From Nemertoderma westbladi (lineage: Eukaryota; Animalia; Xenacoelomorpha): 62,929 nucleotides of DNA. The stretch lies in the NCBI GenBank assembly GCA_032718475.1, contig JAUCBJ010000772.1, positions 1 to 62,929 of the forward strand, written 5' to 3'. Position 1 is the stretch's first letter. Each line of letters starts with the position of its first letter. This document shows, in pieces, positions 38,103 through 52,209 of this stretch. Both the position numbers and the translations under genes were made by a program. A model generated the notes under the pieces. It saw nothing but the letters and a program-made list of their open reading frames with translations, did no database searches and had not been told where the DNA came from.

Positions 38103-41100
38103 TTATAAATGCAATGATGCTGGCCGCGAGAAGAGGGAACTTCTTATAAATGCAATGATGCTGGCCGCGAGAAGAGGGAACTTCTTATAAATGCAATGAT
38201 GCTGGCCGCGAGAAGAGGGAACTTCTTATAAATGCAATGATGCTGGCCGCGAGAAGAGGGAACTTCTTATAAATGCAATGATGCTGGCCGCGAGAAGAGG
38301 GAACTTCTTATAAATGCAATGATGCTGGCCGCGAGAAGAGGGAACTTCTTATAAATGCAATGATGCTGGCCGCGAGAAGAGGGAACTTCTTATAAATGTA
38401 ATGATGCTGGCCGCGAGAAGAGGGAACTTCTTATAAATGCAATGATGCTGGCCGCGAGAAGAGGGAACTTCTTATAAATGCAATGATGCTGGCCGCGAGA
38501 AGAGGGAACTTCTTATAAATGCAATGATGCTGGCCGCGAGAAGAGGGAACTTCTTATAAATGCAATGATGCTGGCCGCGAGAAGAGGGAACTTCTTATAA
38601 ATGCAATGAGGCTGGCCGCGAGAAGAGGGAACTTCTTATAAATGCAATGATGCTGACCGCGAGAAGAGGGAGAAGAGGGAACTTCTTATAAATGCAATGA
38701 TGCTGGCTGCGAGAAGAGGGAACTTCTTATAAATGCAATGATGCTGGCCGCGAGAAGAGGGAACTTCTTATAAATGCAATGATGCTGGCCGCGAGAAGAG
38801 GGAACTTCTTATAAATGCAATGATGCTGGCCGCGAGAAGAGGGAACTTCTTATAAATGCAATGATGCTGGCCGCGAGAAGAGGGAACTTCTTATAAATGC
38901 AATGATGCTGGCCGCGAGAAGAGGGAACTTCATAAATGCAATGATGCTTGCCGCGAGAAGAGGGAACTTCTTATAAATGCAATGATGCTGGCCGCGAGAA
39001 GAGGGAACTTCTTATGAATGCAATGATGCTGGCCGCGAGAAGAGGGAACTTCTTATGAATGCAATGATGCTGGCCGCGAGAAGAGGGAACTTCTTATGAA
39101 TGCAATGATGCTGGCCGCGAGAACAGGGAACTTCTTATGAATGCAATGATGCTGGCCGCGAGAAGAGGGAACTTCTTATAAATGCAATGATGCTGGCCGC
39201 GAGAAGAGGGAACTTCTTATAAATGCAATGATGCTGGCCGCGAGAAGAGGGAACTTCTTATGAATGCAATGATGCTGGCCGCGAGAAGAGGGAACTTCTT
39301 ATGAATGCAATGATGCTGGCCGCGAGAAGAGGGAACTTCTTATAAATGCAATGATGCTGGCCGCGAGAAGAGGGAACTTCTTATAAATGCAATGATGCTG
39401 GCCGCGAGAAGAGGGAACTTCTTATAAATGCAATGATGCTGGCCGCGAGAAGAGGGAACTTCTTATAAATGCAATGATGCTGGCCGCGAGAAGAGGGAAC
39501 TTCTTATAAATGCAATGATGCTGGCCGCGAGAAGAGGGAACTTCTTATAAATGCAATGATGCTGGCCGCGAGAAGAGGGAACTTCTTATAAATGCAATGA
39601 TGCTGGCCGCGAGAAGAGGGAACTTCTTATAAATACAATGATGCTGGCCGCGAGAAGAGGGAACTTCTTATAAATGCAATGATGCTGGCCGCGAGAAGAG
39701 GGAACTTCTTATAAATGCAATGATGCTGGCTGCGAGAAGAGGGAACTTCTTATAAATGCAATGATGCTGGCTGCGAGAAGAGGGAACTTCTTATAAATGC
39801 AATGATGCTGGCCGCGAGAAGAGGGAACTTCATAAATGCAATGATGCTTGCCGCGAGAAGAGGGAACTTCTTATAAATGCAATGATGCTGACCGCGAGAA
39901 GAGGGAACTTCTTATAAATGCAATGATGCTGGCCGCGAGAAGAGGGAACTTCTTATAAATGCAATGATGCTGGCTGCGAGAAGAGGGAACTTCATAAATG
40001 CAATGATGCTTGCCGCGAGAAGAGGGAACTTCTTATAAATGCAATGATGCTGACCGCGAGAAGAGGGAACTTCTTATAAATGCAATGATGCTGGCCGCGA
40101 GAAGAGGGAACTTCATAAATGCAATGATGCTTGCCGCGAGAAGAGGGAACTTCTTATAAATGCAATGATGCTGACCGCGAGAAGAGGGAACTTCTTATAA
40201 ATGCAATGATGCTGGCTGCGAGAAGAGGGAACTTCTTATAAATGCAATGATGCTGGCCGCGAGAAGAGGGAACTTCATAAATGCAATGATGCTTGCCGCG
40301 AGAAGAGGGAACTTCTTATAAATGCAATGATGCTGGCTGCGAGAAGAGGGAACTTCATAAATGCAATGATGCTTGCCGCGAGAAGAGGGAACTTCTTATA
40401 AATGCAATGATGCTGGCCGCGAGAAGAGGGAACTTCATAAATGCAATGATGCTTGCCGCGAGAAGAGGGAACTTCTTATAAATGCAATGATGCTGACCGC
40501 GAGAAGAGGGAACTTCTTATAAATGCAATGATGCTGGCCGCGAGAAGAGGGAACTTCTTATAAATGCAATGATGCTGGCTGCGAGAAGAGGGAACTTCTT
40601 ATAAATGCAATGATGCTGGCCGCGAGAAGAGGGAACTTCATAAATGCAATGATGCTTGCCGCGAGAAGAGGGAACTTCTTATAAATGCAATGATGCTGAC
40701 CGCGAGAAGAGGGAACTTCTTATAAATGCAATGATGCTGGCCGCGAGAAGAGGGAACTTCTTATAAATGCAATGATGCTGGCCGCGAGAAGAGGGAACTT
40801 CTTATAAATGCAATGATGCTGGCCGCGAGAAGAGGGAACTTCATAAATGCAATGATGCTGGCCGCGAGAAGAGGGAACTTCTTATAAATGCAATGATGCT
40901 GGCCGCGAGAAGAGGGAACTTCTTATAAATGCAATGCTGCTGGCCGCGAGAAGAGGGAACTTCTTATAAATGCAATGCTGCTGGCCGCGAGAAGAGGGAA
41001 CTTCTTATAAATGCAATGATGCTGGCCGCGAGAAGAGGGAACTTCTTATAAATGCAATGATGCTGGCCGCGAGAAGAGGGAACTTCTTATAAATGCAATG

Positions 41101-44100
41101 ATGCTGGCCGCGAGAAGAGGGAACTTCTTATAAATGCAATGCTGCTGGCCGCGAGAAGAGGGAACTTCTGATAAATGCAATGCTGCTGGCCGCGAGAAGA
41201 GGGAACTTCTTATAAATGCAATGCTGCTGGCCGCGAGAAGAGGGAACTTCTTATAAATGCAATGCTGCTGGCCGCGAGAAGAGGGAACTTCTGATAAATG
41301 CAATGCTGCTGGCCGCGAGAAGAGGGAACTTCTTATAAATGCAATGATGCTGGCCGCGAGAAGAGGGAACTTCTTATAAATGCAATGATGCTGGCCGCGA
41401 GAAGAGGGAACTTCTTATAAATGCAATGAGGCTGGCCGCGAGAAAAGGGAACTTCTTATAAATGCAATGATGCTGGCCGCGAGAAGAGGGAACTTCTTAT
41501 GAATGCAATGATGCTGGCCGCGAGAAGAGGGAACTTCATAAATGCAATGATGCTTGCCGCGAGAAGAGGGAACTTCTTATAAATGCAATGATGCTGGCCG
41601 CGAGAAGAGGGAACTTCTTATAAATGCAATGATGCTGGCCGCGAGAAGAGGGAACTTCATAAATGCAATGATGCTTGCCGCGAGAAGAGGGAACTTCTTA
41701 TAAATGCAATGATGCTGGCCGCGAGAAGAGGGAACTTCTTATAAATGCAATGATGCTGGCTGCGAGAAGAGGGAACTTCTTATAAATGCAATGATGCTTG
41801 CCGCGAGAAGAGGGAACTTCTTATAAATGCAATGCTGCTGTCCGCGAGAAGAGGGAACTTCTTATAAATGCAATGATGCTGGCCGCGAGAAGAGGGAACT
41901 TCTTATAAATGCAATGATGCTGGCCGCGAGAAGAGGGAACTTCTTATAAATGCAATGATGCTTGCCGCGAGAAGAGGGAACTTCTTATAAATGCAATGCT
42001 GCTGGCCGCGAGAAGAGGGAACTTCTTATAAATGCAATGCTGCTGGCCGCGAGAAGAGGGAACTTCTTATAAATGCAATGCTGCTGGCCGCGAGAAGAGG
42101 GAACTTCATAAATGCAATGATGCTTGCCGCGAGAAGAGGGAACTTCTTATAAATGCAATGATGCTGGCCGCGAGAAGAGGGAACTTCTTATAAATGCAAT
42201 GATGCTGGCCGCGAGAAGAGGGAACTTCTTATAAATGCAATGATGCTTGCCGCGAGAAGAGGGAACTTCTTATAAATGCAATGCTGCTGGCCGCGAGAAG
42301 AGGGAACTTCTTATAAATGCAATGCTGCTGGCCGCGAGAAGAGGGAACTTCTTATAAATGCAATGCTGCTGGCCGCGAGAAGAGGGAACTTCATAAATGC
42401 AATGATGCTTGCCGCGAGAAGAGGGAACTTCTTATAAATGCAATGATGCTGGCCGCGAGAAGAGGGAACTTCTTATAAATGCAATGATGCTGGCCGCGAG
42501 AAGAGGGAACTTCTTATAAATGCAATGATGCTTGCCGCGAGAAGAGGGAACTTCTTATAAATGCAATGCTGCTGGCCGCGAGAAGAGGGAACTTCTTATA
42601 AATGCAATGCTGCTGGCCGCGAGAAGAGGGAACTTCTTATAAATGCAATGCTGCTGGCCGCGAGAAGAGGGAACTTCTTATAAATGCAATGATGCTGGCC
42701 GCGAGAAGAGGGAACTTCTTATAAATGCAATGATGCTGGCCGCGAGAAGAGGGAACTTCTTATAAATGCAATGATGCTGGCCGCGAGAAGAGGGAACTTC
42801 TTATAAATGCAATGATGCTGGCCGCGAGAAGAGGGAACTTCTTATAAATGCAATGATGCTGGCCGCGAGAAGAGGGAACTTCTTATAAATGCAATGATGC
42901 TGGCCGCGAGAAGAGGGAACTTCTTATAAATGCAATGATGCTGGCCGCGAGAAGAGGGAACTTCTTATAAATGCAATGATGCTGGCCGCGAGAAGAGGGA
43001 ACTTCTTATAAATGCAATGATGCTGGCCGCGAGAAGAGGGAACTTCTTATAAATGCAATGATGCTGGCCGCGAGAAGAGGGAACTTCTTATAAATGCAAT
43101 GATGCTGGCCGCGAGAAGAGGGAACTTCTTATAAATGCAATGATGCTGGCCGCGAGAAGAGGGAACTTCTTATAAATGCAATGATGCTGGCCGCGAGAAG
43201 AGGGAACTTCTTATAAATGCAATGATGCTGGCCGCGAGAAGAGGGAACTTCTTATGAATGCAATGATGCTGGCCGCGAGAAGAGGGAACTTCTTATAAAT
43301 GCAATGATGCTGGCCGCGAGAAGAGGGAACTTCTTATAAATGCAATGATGCTGGCCGCGAGAAGAGGGAACTTCTTATAAATGCAATGATGCTGGCCGCG
43401 AGAAGAGGGAACTTCTTATAAATGCAATGATGCTGGCCGCGAGAAGAGGGAACTTCTTATAAATGCAATGATGCTGGCCGCGAGAAGAGGGAACTTCTTA
43501 TAAATGCAATGATGCTGGCCGCGAGAAGAGGGAACTTCTTATAAATGCAATGATGCTGGCCGCGAGAAGAGGGAACTTCTTATAAATGCAATGATGCTGG
43601 CCGCGAGAAGAGGGAACTTCTTATAAATGCAATGATGCTGGCCGCGAGAAGAGGGAACTTCTTATGAATGCAATGATGCTGGCCGCGAGAAGAGGGAACT
43701 TCTTATAAATGCAATGATGCTGGCCGCGAGAAGAGGGAACTTCTTATAAATGCAATGATGCTGGCCGCGAGAAGAGGGAACTTCTTATAAATGCAATGAT
43801 GCTGGCCGCGAGAAGAGGGAACTTCTTATAAATGCAATGATGCTGGCCGCGAGAAGAGGGAACTTCTTATAAATGCAATGATGCTGGCCGCGAGAAGAGG
43901 GAACTTCTTATAAATGCAATGATGCTGGCCGCGAGAAGAGGGAACTTCTTATAAATGCAATGATGCTGGCCGCGAGAAGAGGGAACTTCTTATAAATGCA
44001 ATGATGCTGGCCGCGAGAAGAGGGAACTTCTTATAAATGCAATGATGCTGGCCGCGAGAAGAGGGAACTTCTTATAAATGCAATGATGCTGGCCGCGAGA

Positions 44101-47100
44101 AGAGGGAACTTCTTATAAATGCAATGATGCTGGCCGCGAGAAGAGGGAACTTCTTATAAATGCAATGATGCTGGCCGCGAGAAGAGGGAACTTCTTATAA
44201 ATGCAATGATGCTGGCCGCGAGAAGAGGGAACTTCTTATAAATGCAATGATGCTGGCCGCGAGAAGAGGGAACTTCTTATAAATGCAATGATGCTGGCCG
44301 CGAGAAGAGGGAACTTCTTATAAATGCAATGATGCTGGCCGCGAGAAGAGGGAACTTCTTATAAATGCAATGATGCTGGCCGCGAGAAGAGGGAACTTCT
44401 TATAAATGCAATGATGCTGGCCGCGAGAAGAGGGAACTTCTTATAAATGCAATGATGCTGGCCGCGAGAAGAGGGAACTTCTTATAAATGCAATGATGCT
44501 GGCCGCGAGAAGAGGGAACTTCTTATAAATGCAATGATGCTGGCCGCGAGAAGAGGGAACTTCTTATAAATGCAATGATGCTGGCCGCGAGAAGAGGGAA
44601 CTTCTTATAAATGCAATGATGCTGGCCGCGAGAAGAGGGAACTTCTTATAAATGCAATGATGCTGGCCGCGAGAAGAGGGAACTTCTTATAAATGCAATG
44701 ATGCTGGCCGCGAGAAGAGGGAACTTCTTATAAATGCAATGATGCTGGCCGCGAGAAGAGGGAACTTCTTATAAATGCAATGATGCTGGCCGCGAGAAGA
44801 GGGAACTTCTTATAAATGCAATGATGCTGGCCGCGAGAAGAGGGAACTTCTTATAAATGCAATGATGCTGGCCGCGAGAAGAGGGAACTTCTTATAAATG
44901 CAATGATGCTGGCCGCGAGAAGAGGGAACTTCTTATAAATGCAATGATGCTGGCCGCGAGAAGAGGGAACTTCTTATAAATGCAATGATGCTGGCCGCGA
45001 GAAGAGGGAACTTCTTATAAATGCAATGATGCTGGCCGCGAGAAGAGGGAACTTCTTATAAATGCAATGATGCTGGCCGCGAGAAGAGGGAACTTCTTAT
45101 AAATGCAATGATGCTGGCCGCGAGAAGAGGGAACTTCTTATAAATGCAATGATGCTGGCCGCGAGAAGAGGGAACTTCTTATAAATGCAATGATGCTGGC
45201 CGCGAGAAGAGGGAACTTCTTATAAATGCAATGAGGCTGGCCGCGAGAAGAGGGAACTTCTTATAAATGCAATGATGCTGGCCGCGAGAAGAGGGAACTT
45301 CTTATAAATGCAATGATGCTGGCCGCGAGAAGAGGGAACTTCTTATAAATGCAATGATGCTGGCCGCGAGAAGAGGGAACTTCTTATAAATGCAATGATG
45401 CTGGCCGCGAGAAGAGGGAACTTCTTATAAATGCAATGATGCTGGCCGCGAGAAGAGGGAACTTCTTATAAATGCAATGATGCTGGCCGCGAGAAGAGGG
45501 AACTTCTTATAAATGCAATGATGCTGGCCGCGAGAAGAGGGAACTTCTTATAAATGCAATGATGCTGGCCGCGAGAAGAGGGAACTTCTTATAAATGCAA
45601 TGATGCTGGCTGCGAGAAGAGGGAACTTCTTATAAATGCAATGATGCTGGCCGCGAGAAGAGGGAACTTCTTATAAATGCAATGATGCTGGCCGCGAGAA
45701 GAGGGAACTTCTTATAAATGCAATGATGCTGGCCGCGAGAAGAGGGAACTTCTTATAAATGCAATGATGCTGGCCGCGAGAAGAGGGAACTTCTTATAAA
45801 TGCAATGATGCTGGCCGCGAGAAGAGGGAACTTCTTATGAATGCAATGATGCTGGCCGCGAGAAGAGGGAACTTCTTATAGAATGCAATGATGCTGGCCG
45901 CGAGAACAGGGAACTTCTTATGAATGCAATGATGCTGGCCGCGAGAAGAGGGAACTTCTTATAAATGCAATGATGCTGGCCGCGAGAAGAGGGAACTTCT
46001 TATAAATGCAATGATGCTGGCCGCGAGAAGAGGGAACTTCTTATAAATGCAATGATGCTGGCCGCGAGAAGAGGGAACTTCTTATAAATGCAATGATGCT
46101 GGCCGCGAGAAGAGGGAACTTCTTATAAATGCAATGATGCTGGCCGCGAGAAGAGGGAACTTCTTATAAATGCAATGATGCTGGCCGCGAGAAGAGGGAA
46201 CTTCTTATAAATGCAATGATGCTGGCCGCGAGAAGAGGGAACTTCTTATAAATGCAATGATGCTGGCCGCGAGAAGAGGGAACTTCTTATGAATGCAATG
46301 ATGCTGGCCGCGAGAAGAGGGAACTTCTTATAAATGCAATGATGCTGGCCGCGAGAAGAGGGAACTTCTTATGAATGCAATGATGCTGGCCGCGAGAAGA
46401 GGGAACTTCTTATAAATGCAATGATGCTGGCCGCGAGAAGAGGGAACTTCTTATAAATGCAATGATGCTGGCCGCGAGAAGAGGGAACTTCTTATAAATG
46501 CAATGATGCTGGCCGCGAGAAGAGGGAACTTCTTATAAATGCAATGATGCTGGCCGCGAGAAGAGGGAACTTCTTATAAATGCAATGATGCTGGCCGCGA
46601 GAAGAGGGAACTTCTTATAAATGCAATGATGCTGGCCGCGAGAAGAGGGAACTTCTTATAAATGCAATGATGCTGGCCGCGAGAAGAGGGAACTTCTTAT
46701 AAATGCAATGATGCTGGCCGCGAGAAGAGGGAACTTCTTATAAATGCAATGATGCTGGTCGCGAGAAGAGGGAACTTCTTATAAATGCAATGATGCTGGC
46801 TGCGAGAAGAGGGAACTTCTTATAAATGCAATGATGCTGGCCGCGAGAAGAGGGAACTTCTTATAAATGCAATGATGCTGGCCGCGAGAAGAGGGAACTT
46901 CTTATAAATGCAATGATGCTGGCCGCGAGAAGAGGGAACTTCTTATAAATGCAATGATGCTGGCCGCGAGAAGAGGGAACTTCTTATAAATGCAATGATG
47001 CTGGCCGCGAGAAGAGGGAACTTCTTATAAATGCAATGATGCTGGCCGCGAGAAGAGGGAACTTCTTATAAATGCAATGATGCTGGCCGCGAGAAGTGGG

Positions 47101-47683
47101 AACTTCTTATAAATGCAATGATGCTGGCCGCGAGAAGAGGGAACTTCTTATGAATGCAATGATGCTGGCCGCGAGAAGAGGGAACTTCTTATAAATGCAA
47201 TGATGCTGGCTGCGAGAAGAGGGAACTTCTTATAAATGCAATGATGCTGGCCGCGAGAAGAGAGAACTTCTTATAAATGCAATGATGCTGGTCGCGAGAA
47301 GAGGGAACTTCTTATAAATGCAATGATGCTGGCCGCGAGAAGAGGGAACTTCCTATAAATGCAATGAGGCTGGCCGCGAGAAAAGGGAACTTCTTATAAA
47401 TGCAATGATGCTGGCCGCGAGAAGAGGGAACTTCTTATAAATGTAATGATGCTGGCCGCGAGAAGAGGGAACTTCTTATGAATGCAATGATGCTGGCCGC
47501 GAGAAGAGGGAACTTCTTATAAATGCAATGATGCTGGCCGCGAGAAGAGGGAACTTCTTATAAATGCAATGATGCTGGCCGCGAGAAGAGGGAACTTCTT
47601 ATAAATGCAATGATGCTGGCCGCGAGAAGAGGGAACTTCTTATAAATACAATGATGCTGGCCGCGAGAAGAGGGAACTTCTTA
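38103..47683 (+). repeat. 41-bp satellite, ~234 copies (TTATAAATGCAATGATGCTGGCCGCGAGAAGAGGGAACTTC)
   Basis: Period measured directly (38103 to 38144). Highly homogeneous with clustered variants. Confidence 0.98.
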
Positions 47684-48510
47684 TGCCGGTAGATTTTTAG
47701 TTATTGGGCCTATAAGATGCAGAATTATTCAGAATTGAGATTTTAACAAAAAGAAACTGTGTTTCAATATCTATTATCTATTTCCAATAAAAGTTATAGC
47801 TATTTACGTGATTTACGTGAATTGGGTAATTCTTCTCAAAATAATTTTGTTTTTAAAAACGGGGAAAGATTAATAATATAATAGTAATTCTTACTATTGT
47901 TTAGTTTACTGAATTATCTTATACTTCCTGTAATTAGTTCTTTATACTTTATCAAAATTCAAAGGTATACATTTTAACACTTAAATCGATATGTTTTATG
48001 AATAATAAATATTGTCTTTATTTACCGAACTCATAATACGAATAATAGTGAAATACGATTGCTGACTGATGATGTGTTGGATAGCACTGTGTACGTACAG
48101 CAATATTAGCACACGGTACAAAAATTAAACTAACGTCAGCTGTTTTGGGCTTCTGCGAATAAAAGAGGTGAGTACAAAAAAAGACCACAAAGACCCAAGA
48201 CCCACTGTACAAAACAAAGGTAATGTCGCGTTAGATCCCAAAGAGCGTTAGGTCCCATTGCCATCTAAAGGAGCAGGTTAGTAAGGGAGCAGGTTACATA
48301 GGCGTTTTGTGGGAACCAAAACAATAAACGAAAGTTAACACATGTTACAAGATTATGCAGGTTACTTAATTGAGTTTTTTGTCTTTGTTTTGTACTCACC
48401 CGAATAAAAGCCAATGAATTAACGGTTAAAATCCATCATTTTTAAGAATAAAGATAGGAAAAAAGTTCAACATTATTTCTAATTCTTTTTTCATAATTCA
48501 TTATTTCCAA

Positions 48511-48822
48511 CCCACAGAAACTCATAAAACTAAAGGACATTCAGTTAATAACTGTTCCACCCACAGAAACTCATAAAACTAACGGAAATTCAGGTAATAA
48601 CTGTTCCACCCACATAAACTCATAAAACTAACGGACATTCAGTTAATAACTGTTCCACCCACAGTAAACTCATAAAACTAACGGACATTCAGTTAATAAC
48701 TGCTCCACCCACAGAAACTCATAAAACTAACGGACATTCAGTTAATAACTGTTCCACCCACAGAAACTCATAAAACTAACGGACATTCAGGTAATAACTG
48801 TTCCACCCACAGAAACTCATAA
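48511..48822 (+). repeat. 49-bp minisatellite (CCCACAGAAACTCATAAAACTAACGGACATTCAGTTAATAACTGTTCCA), ~6 copies, resuming at 53746-53793
   Basis: Read directly. The array is split mid-unit by the LINE. Confidence 0.92.
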
Positions 48823-49075
48823 ATTTAATTTAATTTAATTTAATTTAATTTCGTACATAGAAAATAAATCTAGTACAGCATACATACAGGACCAACAAAG
48901 CACACGATATATAATGAATGATGTTAATAATGATGCACAGGGTAAATTAGTTACTGTAAATATGTGTACAAACCAAACACCTAACTGATTTGAAATTAGT
49001 ATCTGTAAACTATTATAACTAAACCTAACAAAGAGCTAACAGTATGAATAAACAAAATGAACAACAATAAATAAG

Positions 49076-52000
49076 TCAATTCGTGGAAATATAATTGAGA
49101 ATGTCATCCAGTTCAGATCTATCAAAACCAGGAATATAAGTTTCTGCGCCACTAACTCTGCACTCAATTAATTCACGGCACATATTAATAACTGGTAAAT
49201 GTTCGTGGGAGGTAAACCAAGAAACGTTATTGCATAGTTTGGACGATAAATCATCAAAACGAACTTTACACTTATCAGCGATGTGTCTCAAATTAGAGCC
49301 ACTGACGGACCTACAATCAAATAGAGTAACATTACCAAGAAAACGAATAGATGGTTTATCAGAAGTTAATAACGACTTTGCAAAAGTTACAAAACGACTG
49401 CACAACATAGATAACGGATACGGAAAATCGATCAAACCCTCTACCAAAAATCTATGAGAATTATATGGAAGCCCCCAAACTAATCGCATATTAATATTCC
49501 AGCTAGTTACCATTTTACGGCAAGAATCCCCCCAAAGGTCCCAAAGGTTACTCCCATAAAAACTCGTTGTATAAATTCGCTGAATTTTTGATAAACTACT
49601 GTATATGGATGTGCAAACATGAATTCTTGCCTTAAACAATTCAACCTACCAATAAATATTCCCCTTTTACGTAAAATATCGCTACTGAACTTACAACCTG
49701 AATCAAATATGTTACCCAAATGCGTGGCCTCTTTAACCCATGGCAAATAAACAGAACGAATATAAACCTTAGCACCGGGTGGGTTCCAATTAAAACCAAA
49801 TGGGATACACTTCGACTTGCTTTTACTAGCATCTACATTTGTACTAAAGCACATATTAAATTCTTTAGCAAAATTATCACATGTCGAAATCATCTTTTGT
49901 AAACCAATAATAGATGGACACAAAAGAAAAATATCATCTGCATATACGAAAACACCAAGGTATCTAGAACCTAAATGACAACCAATCTTACTTTCTCTTA
50001 GCCGTACAATTAATTTATTTATCATAACACAAAACAAAATCGGGGAAGCCACCGAGCCTTGTTTAACGCCATTTGAAATACTAAAAGTAGTGGAGCAGGC
50101 AGAACCCCATCTAACAAAACCGCACTGACCTTTGTACATCGAAATTAGTGCACGCAGAAAAAGTGGCGAAAACCCCTTATCTAATAATTCTAAAAATAAT
50201 GATTGCCACTCGACCATATCAAATGCCTTCGTAAGGTCAAGCAGGCACCCAAACACAGGGGTAGAGAACCGCTGGTAAAAAGATATCGTTTCCTTGGCCG
50301 CCCAGCTGCACATTGAGGTACTAGAATTACGTAGGAAACCAAACTGTAATTCATCATTCTTAAATACATTATCCTGGGAAAGCAACATTACCCATTCAAA
50401 CACCTTAACAATCAAAGAAGAAATAGCTATAGCACGGTAATTAGTAGATGACGTATGGCTACCTAATTTATTCTTAATAAGTGGAATTAAAGCAAATTTC
50501 AATAATAGCAATGGGACATAACCATGTAAAAGGAAAGAATTGAACAATTGAGCTAAATGCATGGCTAAATCGTCATTAGCATTTTTTAAACAATCGGAAT
50601 TAAATTCAGTATCAACATCAGACTTGGCAGACTTGAGTTTGCCAATGGCTGCAGAAACTAACTGAGGAGAGATAGTATCATGTTCTTGTAACGAATAATC
50701 TAATAAAATATCCTTAATTTTACCATCTAATAAAGGTATATCAGACTCATAACCTTGATTATATAAATTACTATAAATTGCACCGAAATGATTAGCGATA
50801 GAAATATCGTCAGTCTTGCCATCAACCGACGTACTACAACCCTAAATACAATTACCTCGCAATCTCATTATCTCTGAAAATAAATCCACGCTACTATTAG
50901 ACAAACATGACTGTAATAATTTATCTTTATTCACAATATCAGCTTGACGCTTAAGTCTACGTACGGCATACTGATATTGCGCTCTGGACGACCGCCGCAT
51001 ATGGTATAGATTGCTCGCACTTGCACTTGGTCTACCTGCAGACACCCACAGGCTGTGCCAAAATATTGCGTCATCTATGTACGGACGCACATGCTCGTTC
51101 CAACCAGGTAAAGTGTGACGCTTATTACCGTCATTAGAAATACCCCCAGTTTGGGGCAATACCCCTGCGGCATCATTCAGAGCACTCAAGATATCACTAG
51201 TATACTCATCAATATTATTAATATGCGCAGGATTATCACACAGTAAATTATTACAAGTACTACAATGCAATGATATTGAACTTAATCGCTCATTTAAATT
51301 AGATTTAAATAAAGATTTCTCATCATCATTCGCCCGTAAAAAATTTGGTTTGGACGGTATGTTTCTAGATACTGCTGATTCAGTCAAACCTTCAACCAAA
51401 AATTTAAAATAAATAGGGTTATGGTCAGGCAGGATGGCACCTGAGTGAACCACTCCCGCCTCAATGCCTGCATTAAGCACTGAGTCTGAAATCAAAAAAT
51501 GATCAATAGTGGAAGTATATACTGTACCATTAATCACACAAATATGCGTAAAATCAACATTGTAAGTATCCCATGCAATATTTAGATTAAAATCACGAAT
51601 AAATTTTTGCAAATAATTGACATGAGCTGATTGACGCAAAAAATCAGAATTAAGATCTCCAGCTATAATTACATTGTTCGAAGAAGAGGCACTTACAATG
51701 CGATTGATATCATTGCACAATAATAAAAATTCGTCAGAAACTATATCTGAATGCCTGGTATCGACTGGGAAATACGTATTTAGTAAAATAATTTCCCTTG
51801 AATTGGGAAATAATAATTTTAAAGCCAATAAACGTCTATTATCTGTGGTAACCGATACCACATACTTCAAAAGTGATTTACGCACTAAAAAACATAACCC
51901 AGCCATTTGCCTTCCATGCTGTCCAGCAACATTCGAATCTGAAAAATAAGAAGGTTCAAAATAGCACTCAAAATCGGGAAAATGTTTCTTTATGTAATTT

Positions 52001-52176
52001 ACATTATTTTTAAGAATAAAATGTTCCTGAATGCAAATTATATCAGCACTACAGGCTAATATTTTTATAAACTCACTTCTATCAGAAGAAAACCCCCTGC
52101 TGTTATAGGAGTAAATTCTAAAATTGTAACCATTGTTTTGAGAGTTACTGGCCATATTAAAGTATAAAAAATACAA
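49076..52176 (-). pseudogene. LINE ORF2 (AP endonuclease + reverse transcriptase), disrupted
   Basis: APE motifs YNSRG, IQEH, GDLNS, TIDHF and DHNP; RT motifs LDLTKAFD, GVKQG, SPILF and YADD. One in-frame TAG at 50842-50844 and one frameshift near 49590-49605. Confidence 0.9.
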
Positions 52177-52209
52177 ATCTATATATATATATATACACGT
52201 AGCTATTGC

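Noticed and set aside
38103-47683. CRISPR array or coding repeat (ORFs at 37955, 40293, 41046)
   Set aside because: Pure tandem repeat without spacers; the short ORFs arise from unit variants.
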